From assembly GCA_964187785.1 (NCBI GenBank), contig OZ076409.1, positions 8,062,001-8,126,000 on the forward strand: a stretch of 64,000 nucleotides of DNA, given 5' to 3'. This stretch comes from Amphiscolops sp. MND2022 (Eukaryota). The position numbers and the translations under genes were made by a program. Below the pieces are notes generated by a model, which saw only the letters and a program-made list of their open reading frames with translations, was not told where the DNA came from and did not search any database. Positions 59,701 through 64,000 of this stretch are shown here, piece by piece (within the stretch, counting starts at the first letter, position 1; each line of letters opens with the position of its first letter).

Positions 59701-62495
59701 TTATAACTAAATCAATCTTGGAAATTCTTTGAACTGAAATTGTAACGGTTCATTTTCCCAAGCCATTTCCGAAAATTTTTTATAACTTTCGTTTTTTTTC
59801 GAACTTTTAAATGACGCCGAGATAAGAATGCTGCAAGAAAAGCACTGTTGAAGACCAAGGAACTCAATTTGTTCACCTATTGAATGCATCTGATTCTTTA
59901 ATTTTATATAATCTGTGATTAATACTTTTCCGCACCCCTGGGTTGAAAATCCTAACTCTACTACAAGCCACAACAACGTATAGTGTTCATTTTTTATAAA
60001 ATAAGAAAATTATAAAACCTAGGGGTGCTCATAAGCTTTGGATATGATGAATACATTTTTTTAAAGAATTTTTTTTCAATTTTCACAAATTACAGTAAAC
60101 CCTCGATTATCCGCCACCATCGGTCCAGCGCGAATTATGGCGGATGAGTGAGAGTGGCGGTTAATCAAGGGAGCTTAGACACGGGTGTTATAGCAAAATG
60201 TCCCCGTAGATTTGTGGCGGTTGACCAAAGGTGGCGAATAATCAAGTGGCGGATATTCGAGGGTTTACTGTACTTTCATTGTGGTTTTGAAAGTGAAATC
60301 TCATTTATGATTCATCTAGATTTTTTCGACATTGACTTGCACTGTTTGAAATAACGAGGATTTGTGAAAATCCGTTCACGCGGAGAGTCGTTTTGTCGAC
60401 ACCCAAATCTGACTGGATTAATTTATATCAAGGAGTTCAACAAGGTACTGTTCTCGACCCCTTGCCGTCAATAAATAGTATGCCAAACAATATGCCAGAA
60501 AGCTCAGTTTTGAAAACGTTTTTGGTGAGAAAATTGTCAATGGAATCGATAGACCTAAATATAGTCAGAATTGTTGGAGTGAATATCAATTCAGGAAGTC
60601 AAATGTTAATGTTCAATCTTTGTTCAAATATTCTTTTATTATGTCAAATTTTCTTTCAAAATTCTGTTTTTACACTGCCTTTCATTTATATGATATTTAT
60701 GTTTACCTTTTGGATGTTTTAAATGAAGAAATTTTACAAAATGAGCGCAACTGTTACCGTGACAAGTTTTTTTCTTTTTTTTCGTCGAACCAAAGAATAT
60801 ATGCATAGTGGACACTTTTTACAGAACTACTAAACTACTGGACCGTCAACTAGAAACGCATCTAAATTAGTGCTAAGGGTTCTCCTTCCATTTATTCCTT
60901 TTAAGCCTAACATAAAAAACCGGACGAGACTGAAGGGGTTTTTCTACTTTTTTCGGCACTCAGACTTTTGTTGAAAATTGTTTAATGTCTCCAAAGGGTA
61001 AGCCCTTGATTTTTAAAATATTTTACAACGAATTGGATGTTGAAAAATCACAAAGGGTCGTACATTTTACATTTTTCGGCATTGTGAAAATTTTCAAAAT
61101 CATCATTTTCGTCTTTAAATTAGGTTTTCTCAAGGGCCCAGCACGCTATATCCGAAATTTTAACGTTATATCCGAAATCAGTTTCATTTCAGCAAAGGGG
61201 TCGCCGAGGGGAGGTTCGAGAATATAGCGCCATATCCTAAGTTTTGACGTTATAACCGAAGTATACTGCGTTTCACTAAGGAACAAACGGAGATTCGGAA
61301 ATATTGAGCTATATCCGAAATTTTATTTAAGACCAGCGTTTTTTTGGTACTATGCGACTTTTTTTCTAATTCGTTTTCATGGAAGCCCTTCTCGATTTTT
61401 ACTAGAAGCAAAACGTTTTTGAGTTTTGAGCATAGAGGACTCCTCGGGGTTTTCGGCACTATGTGACTGATCGGAAACAATTCTTGGAAAAAATTCTGGA
61501 AAGAAATGTTTTTTTTCAATTTTTCGTTTTTTGAGAGGTTTTCGGTTGAGCAAAATTATTTTTCAGTTGTCCTGTGGGACTGACGTTTCATCAATAATTG
61601 TGCAAAAAACGTCTCCTTTTGGATTTTCCGGTGCTTTGAGACCTTTTCGGAATGAAACAGTCCTAGTTATTTGGTGTTTCCAGTTGAGGAAAAAGTAGTT
61701 TTCGAATCTTTTGCCTATCCCTTCGGGTATTTTTGGCACTGTAACATTAATCAAATTTTAACAATAGTGCTGTTCATCAATTTTTGAAACTTTGCGCTTT
61801 TCGGGCGTTAAGTATAGCTCCGACATTAGACGTTCCCATTTTTAGTCGGCGCTTTGGGTAGAAAAACGCAGACTATAGTAGTGACTTTTTTTCTTTTTTC
61901 TTCAAGACCAACGAAGTTACAGATTTTATAAGCTTTATAAGCTGGCTTCCTTCAACTGCCACACTAATTTAAGATGTGCATAGAGGTTAATTAGGATTTT
62001 TTGAGGTCTGCCAAGTTTCAGGGGGTCTGCCAAGGCCAACCCTTTTTACATTTTTCGGCTCTATGCGACTTACCGGAGACTTCAAAAAAATTCAAAAAAA
62101 AAGATTTCGGAAACTTTTTTTCCTCATGCGGGCACTGTAGAAGAGAATACTTGACACTTTGAAGTCATTTTGCTATTTTTGAGCCTTAGATATGGCGCCG
62201 ACTGGGGCCGTTCCCGGCTTGTTTATTTTTCTAGGTGTCATACCATCTTGAGACATTGACCCAGAGTCATGGAAGCTGTGAAGGTGAAGAGTGTGGTGAC
62301 ACCCACGACTAGGAGAGCCTCCAGCATCCGCATGCCTCGGCCCTTGGGGATAACGTGGAGAATGCGCCAACGGGTGAGGTAGTAGTTGAGCTGGTTGAAA
62401 AGTGCCCCCAGGAGCCCCCCGATGACACCCATCACCACAAACATGAGCACGTCCGGCAGAGACCACAACGTGCAGTTTTCGGCTTCTTTGGGACA
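5656..62495 (-). CDS. CLCN6: CLC-6-like H+/Cl- exchange transporter, 3' part (11 exons; 5' exons outside the window)
   Basis: The spliced exons join in frame with GT-AG borders. Motifs include [52 protein letters not shown], two CBS domains separated by a long linker (CLC-6-like rather than CLC-7-like), and [13 protein letters not shown]. Confidence 0.93.
5819..6487. mobile_element. Tc1/mariner-pogo-type MITE
   Basis: TIR CAGTACTGTGATTAAG...CTTAATCACAGTACTG with flanking TA. Confidence 0.8.
7528..7974 (-). mobile_element. HINE family 1 copy containing a family 2 end fragment (7846-7880)
   Basis: AACAAGCCGGG and GCGCCGACTAA termini. Confidence 0.75.
8364..8489 (-). CDS. CLCN6: CLCN6-like exon, CBS2 (DLTPYMN...[17 protein letters not shown])
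   Basis: ttccag| acceptor, |gtaaga donor, 126 nt, phase 0/0. Confidence 0.95.
8505..8918. mobile_element. Merlin-like MITE
   Basis: TIR GGCTCTTTTCTGTTTTCCCC...GGGGAAAACAGAAAAGAACC; degenerate 8-bp TSD catacccc/catggccc; related copies at 13808 and 15684. Confidence 0.65.
9055..10012 (-). mobile_element. HINE family 2 copy with a nested family 1 copy (9473-9965)
   Basis: AACCAGAG-CCGCATATGCGG hairpin, subTIRs AGGAGTCGG/CCGACTCCT; family 1 inserted into an A-run without TSD. Confidence 0.8.
10057..10164 (-). CDS. CLCN6: CLCN6-like exon ([36 protein letters not shown])
   Basis: tttaag| acceptor, |gtaagt donor, 108 nt, phase 0/0; EDYPRxPDI motif. Confidence 0.92.
10612..10830 (-). mobile_element. 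HINE family 2, truncated
   Basis: AACCAGAGCCGCATG end plus an internal repeat unit. Confidence 0.6.
11001..11666. mobile_element. Tc1/mariner-pogo-type MITE
   Basis: TIR CAGTAGTGAT...ATCACTACTG with flanking TA. Confidence 0.75.
12466..12625 (-). CDS. CLCN6: CLCN6-like exon (TEKHF...[20 protein letters not shown])
   Basis: ctgcag| acceptor, |gtaact donor, 160 nt, phase 2/0. Confidence 0.92.
12715..13192 (-). mobile_element. HINE family 2 copy
   Basis: Both termini present; about 120-bp internal repeats. Confidence 0.75.
13629..13696 (-). CDS. CLCN6: CLCN6-like small linker exon ([22 protein letters not shown])
   Basis: tttcag| acceptor, |gtaaat donor, 68 nt; supplies exactly the phase 0-to-2 change needed between its neighbours; GC-rich island in an AT-rich intron. 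Confidence 0.75.
13808..14202. mobile_element. Merlin-like MITE
   Basis: GGTCTCTTTTCTG...CAGAAAAGAACC termini; flanks ggacttc/gcacttc. Confidence 0.6.
14229..14776. mobile_element. CCC...GGG MITE with TA duplication
   Basis: TIR core TGCTTGAACTTTTTACATGC / GCATGTAAAAAGTTCAAGCA. Confidence 0.7.
14791..15157 (+). mobile_element. HINE family 1 copy
   Basis: TTTAGTCGGCG 5' subTIR with an adjacent inverted repeat; 3' GCGCCGACT, hairpin and CTTGTT, matching DINE-1 architecture. Confidence 0.8.
15684..16081. mobile_element. Merlin-like MITE
   Basis: GGATCTTTTCTG...CAGAAAAGAGCC termini; flanks gaacttga/cagcttga. Confidence 0.6.
16140..16344 (-). CDS. CLCN6: CLCN6-like exon, CBS1 (LEARDIM...HNAFPVV...NIRYR)
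   Basis: gtgcag| acceptor, |gtacgt donor, 205 nt, phase 2/0. Confidence 0.93.
18371..18900 (-). CDS. Gypsy integrase C-part (after a frameshift near 18910)
   Basis: [12 protein letters not shown] catalytic Glu and [13 protein letters not shown] motif. Confidence 0.85.
18911..21421 (-). CDS. pol: Gypsy Pol: RT, RNase H, long spacer, integrase N-part
   Basis: VDLDYAY, WLDD, TDAC, ELEL, TDHQAL, H...H zinc finger, LDFAGP, TDNG. Confidence 0.93.
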   Translation of the reverse strand: MPNMEELISQISAKITQNNGEIWMSKVDLDYAYGQAKLSAEASRHCVFSIIGGDFTGHYLFKKGFYGLSDIPTEFQEHIDKVLEFKTPVWLDDIICVTNGTIEEHDRELREVLTKLQEAGYRASEKKTELFKKELTWLGYLINQEGVKPIKDKTEAITKLKAPTNTKELKSFLGSIQHLSKFLNNLSKKTDRMRKLLKKDVKWEWTKEINDDFEQLKTEITETPCLAHFDPKKDNFITTDACNTGLGATLWQKENKTFRPVAFASRFLTECERKYAINELELLDLLWGLEYFRYYVYGKKVNLLTDHQALQPLLKRNRAHKQYSERLTRWLDRLSHFDVNVQYTAGKNIPLTEYLSRHPIIHEHETETPHEGDEIEAEEEFVINQIYGLFEFNRTNGSITQHIRRPPPVKNSDQSERRTQVRKQNNREYSIQTFSLQKDIDSPNNSNFDSQAPKMSKMDRVNGIDLQFIFKKRGHSPETSRLRIERFKLLQPNRTRIVGKSKDNERILEYRPSQQDRKEIEKLNILIYNRFFYHCEKLGTTPLREFNENLHESWINTSSDNESQIRHIKTEKCPTNILKKFKKHESINLIRLKQTAKRNVLQEERNEKTAEMIRRAERDFSMDLPLLVEETAQDAKILDAIIALEAGKRDGIFYPYRPHREHLETRFGLLFYNDRIVIPEAMRSTIIAMLHSGHVSINKMDKSAEAFWWPGLHRDIREKAENYPSCRVAGKNLKTQLPQTEINRLELLTEPGEEIQLDFAGPIKSKSRGDIYILVAIDRFSKWPTAQICKNTDSRTVIKFLTKYCNDNGTPKTIRTDNGSCFKSNEFKDYCNGENI
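21366..23069 (-). CDS. gag: Gypsy Gag plus aspartic protease (frameshifted from pol near 21540)
   Basis: Two zinc knuckles (CHFC...[17 protein letters not shown]), IDTG protease motif, LLGLDWL. Confidence 0.9.
   Translation of the reverse strand: MENPSNNNETDPMAVNQTTVERTERNKYKIPILSDRETDLSKANPKMWWEQISEYIDLTYQKKLDELMEQGTDSMDPHTTYHIKGDVLWALGPKAKHEIMRGQWGKELKDISLQELLKLFKKTFLSTRNVFHSRAQFFKIKQEDGETLDEYWKRLVDIERKCEFNTITPEDIITYKFAATINDKKARDKFIKGPLKLSLILETIELDNYNRKYGDKQTTSKRQRKNPSESTSDEEQVGYTKPATKKKATFMAKKKNTERNCHFCGKSNWTREHICPAWKAKCNNCKKSGHFAKVCRSRTVNRIQEEDTGSNTESWPEIDHIQSVNSINRVDFYKAILLVDGQPIEFIIDTGYPVTIIPPIITPKQIKATSKCFVDVNKNPIEFKGEAIVEVKTEKTKVMLPILITEKKNTQPLLGLDWLDKLEIGLQGSRETNIIRSITTNEQGEKNFKDFENLFKNNHTIKNLTIDIQLKKDAKPIQQKGRPVPIHFQKIVKKELENLIEKRHLEKADKNNRKLLCLTSRYNNQKRQISKNCTRLPETKRILHKKKSNNAKHGGTNQSNFCKNYTK
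24300..26300 (-). pseudogene. Decayed CACTA/EnSpm (CMC) transposase
   Basis: Frameshifted motifs in the expected order: IWSGKK (~25875), D..K.VL.M...G...C (~25780), HTLIEGII (~25550), PWKTCLL (~25475), SCFAFE...HLK (~25190). Confidence 0.55.
30830..30915. repeat. (GA)n-rich simple repeat
   Basis: Directly visible. Confidence 0.85.
31690..33830 (+). repeat. Diverged tandem duplication, period about 1160 bp
   Basis: GAGATAGG...GTTCTGACGGCAGAAAT at 31692 and 32853; collinear for about 950 bp. Confidence 0.9.
34234..34564. repeat. Two adjacent fold-back palindromes (41-bp arms and 122-bp arms)
   Basis: 34234-34274/34282-34322 and 34320-34441/34443-34564 are reverse complements. Confidence 0.95.
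34446..34938 (-). mobile_element. HINE family 1 copy, intact
   Basis: AACAA-GCCGGGACCGGC hairpin, AGTCGGCGC subTIR, GCGCCGACTAA end. Confidence 0.85.
35059..35165 (-). CDS. CLCN6: CLCN6-like exon ([35 protein letters not shown])
   Basis: gtgcag| acceptor, |gttagt donor, 107 nt, phase 0/2; carries the central Tyr motif GLYD; not present in the ORF track. Confidence 0.93.
35921..36353 (-). mobile_element. EnSpm-like MITE, deletion derivative of the 38973 element
   Basis: TIR CACGAGTTGACC/GGTCGACCTGGG, 2-bp TSD TT, CAAGATCTTG subrepeats. Confidence 0.8.
36366..36528 (-). CDS. CLCN6: CLCN6-like exon (WEVFG...[16 protein letters not shown]...ITLL)
   Basis: tctag| acceptor, |gtatgt donor, 163 nt, phase 2/0. 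Confidence 0.95.
36562..37077. mobile_element. Tc1/mariner-pogo-type MITE
   Basis: Long TIR CAGTAGCGTTCTAAAATATCGCAAC/GTTGCGATATTTTAGAGTGCTACTG. Confidence 0.8.
37131..37425 (-). mobile_element. HINE family 2 copy
   Basis: Degenerate termini and one internal unit. Confidence 0.65.
37636..38153 (+). mobile_element. HINE family 1 copy
   Basis: TTTAGTCAGCG 5' end; GCGCCGACTTTGGCCGTTCCCGGCTGGTT 3' end. Confidence 0.75.
38198..38351 (-). CDS. CLCN6: CLCN6-like exon (DSFSPTTL...[20 protein letters not shown])
   Basis: cctag| acceptor, |gtgaga donor, 154 nt, phase 1/2; GxFxP selectivity-filter motif. Confidence 0.95.
38973..39780 (+). mobile_element. EnSpm-like MITE
   Basis: TIR CCCGGGTCGACC/GGTCAACCCGAG, 2-bp TSD AA. 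Confidence 0.8.
40437..43184 (+). pseudogene. Decayed gag-PR-RT-RNase H of the older Gypsy (continues at 55447-57320 and 58263-58548)
   Basis: [37 protein letters not shown]; many stops and frameshifts. Confidence 0.9.
43350..44060. repeat. About 187-bp tandem repeat, 4 copies, inside the outer HINE
   Basis: TTCGCCATTTTCTCAACG-like motif at about 43366, 43553, 43741 and 43927. Confidence 0.9.
44508..55317. repeat. Tandem array of 6 units (1809, 2506, 1804, 1801, 1090, 1800 bp) built from ~355-bp subrepeats
   Basis: Unit starts at 44508, 46317, 48823, 50627, 52428 and 53518. Confidence 0.95.
57321..58260 (-). mobile_element. HINE family 2 copy with about 4 internal repeats of ~175-180 bp, inserted in the older Gypsy
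   Basis: Both termini present; CTATGTTTCTCACATCCCAGC repeated. Confidence 0.85.
59521..59656 (-). CDS. CLCN6: CLCN6-like exon (NDYQTD...[23 protein letters not shown])
   Basis: tttcag| acceptor, |gtatgg donor, 136 nt, phase 0/1. Confidence 0.92.
60093..60270. mobile_element. Short pogo/Tigger-type MITE
   Basis: TIR CAGTAAACCCTCGA/TCGAGGGTTTACTG with TA TSD. Confidence 0.85.
60370..60462 (+). pseudogene. Non-LTR (LINE) reverse transcriptase fragment
   Basis: [27 protein letters not shown] matches the GVPQGxxLGP RT motif. Confidence 0.7.
60742..61821 (+). mobile_element. HINE family 1, long degenerate variant
   Basis: Shares ACAGAACTACTAAACT and GGGT..CC repeats; degenerate 3' end. Confidence 0.55.
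61840..62223 (+). mobile_element. HINE family 1 copy
   Basis: TTTTAGTCGGCGC 5' end; GCGCCGACT-hairpin-CTTGTT 3' end. Confidence 0.8.
62244..62495 (-). CDS. CLCN6: CLCN6-like exon ([11 protein letters not shown]...LGQCLKM)
   Basis: tgcag| acceptor, |gtatga donor, 252 nt, phase 0/0; transmembrane segment [16 protein letters not shown]. Confidence 0.92.
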
Positions 62496-62707
62496 CTGCA
62501 AAACACACCAGAGACACATGTGCGGTGAAGGAATCGGAAAAACTAAATGAAGAAATGCTGAGATTCCACATCCGTGGAAATCTCTCGTTCAATCACTTAC
62601 TGCTTTAAGCTATCCGAGGTCTAACGCTCTCAAAGCCTCAAAACTATCGCAACTTGACTCAATTCTACTTCTAGACACTACCAAGAAGCTTCTTTACTGC
62701 TTACTAC

Positions 62708-63006
62708 AACCAGAGCCGCATGTGCGGTAAAGAAGTCGGAAATCGATTAAAATATTGATAAACAAATTACCTACTTTATTGCAATTTGCTCATTTTTGGA
62801 CTAATTTTGGCCATATTTCTCAAATCCCAGTCACATGATTTAGATGTCATTGCACACGCAGTGGCCCCTTTGGGTGTAGAATGACTGTGCTAAATTTTGT
62901 GAAAATCGTAAGGACAGTTTTTGAAAAATTTGAAATATTCATTTGAAGGTCGGGAGAAAAAAGGTACGATTGCATAACCAATCAAAAAATTTTTCCGACT
63001 CCTAAA
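62708..63006 (-). mobile_element. HINE family 2 copy
   Basis: Both termini intact. Confidence 0.8.
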
Positions 63007-64000
63007 AACAAAACAGCTGGTCCTCACTTGAATCTTTCTCCGGAATCTTATTTTCATTGAGTAAAACTTCTATGTATCTATAAACTTTTACATTCATGAG
63101 AAATCGAAAAACGTTTTGTGATTCTCAAAAAAGCTCTTTAGTCATTGTGACGGCATGATAAAACGTTTGTTGGCTGAAGTTTTATCATTGCCTGCAAATC
63201 AAACGCGCAATTGTGACGCAACCCTGATTCAAGACGCCCACTGAGCGTCCTGAATTACTCTAGTCGCAGCAAACTCTTAGAACTCTTGCATTTAGATTTC
63301 TCGAAGCTAAAAATATGCTTATTTTTTGTTCTTAATCTTTCATTTTTCATTCCCAAAGATTATTTTATTGCATCATTTTAAGTTTGTTTTGGGGGCTTTT
63401 TTCCACATTTGATTTCTTCTCCAGTGGACTAAGCTCTTTGGAATATGAAATGAGTTTGAGTAGTGAGTTAAAGGTGTGGTTTTATTCTCATACGCTGAAT
63501 GGGCGAGAGAAAAAACGAATATTTTCCATCTCATGATAAAAAATATACCAAAAAAGCCAAAATGTTTCATAATCTAAGGACTGGAAAGTGAATCCTTTCA
63601 ACAACCTTTCGATGTTCTCGCGGAGTGGGCAATAGCAAAGACGTGCACATTCAATAGTGCCATTGTTGCAGAAAATTGAGGCACTTAATCAATTCGAGAA
63701 TCAAAATAAGAGCAATGCAAAACTTTCCACTACAGAACATTGAAAACAGATGCACACACTTGTGGAGACTGTTGAACCTTTTAGCATGCTGCAGGCCTGC
63801 ATGCAGGGTAATTTTTCATAAAACCTAGAAAAGTCAGTAAGGCTTCATTCGTGGATCCACTGCATCAAATTCGAAAATGAATCCTGCTTCATTTTCGACA
63901 CGGTCACTTTTTATTCACACTTTATTTTCGAAACTATTCATCTGATGTGATCACCGATTTTCAAATAACACGCTGAATTTGACGAATTTGCATATTACAA

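Overview
This is AT-rich, repeat-dense eukaryotic (probably invertebrate animal) genomic DNA. Nearly the whole window is the 3' part of one minus-strand CLC-6-type chloride/proton exchanger gene. I reconstructed 11 GT-AG exons (62495 down to a stop at 5656) with consistent phases; the 5' exons lie beyond the window. The introns (two of about 18.7 kb and 21.2 kb) are filled with transposons: a young Gypsy LTR element (17449-23289), an older Gypsy (about 40154-58762), a ~10 kb decayed CACTA/EnSpm-like element, three kinds of MITE, and at least four families of non-autonomous Helentron-like (HINE/DINE-1-type) rolling-circle elements. The most striking structure is a 12.3 kb Russian-doll stack of HINE elements inside the older Gypsy. 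There, self-insertion followed by tandem amplification appears to have produced a higher-order satellite (units of about 1.1/1.8/2.5 kb) closed by three stacked terminal caps. Other rolling-circle or fold-back signatures are a head-to-tail HINE junction and a 122-bp near-perfect palindrome at a HINE end. All family assignments come from structure and recalled motifs; no database search was run.
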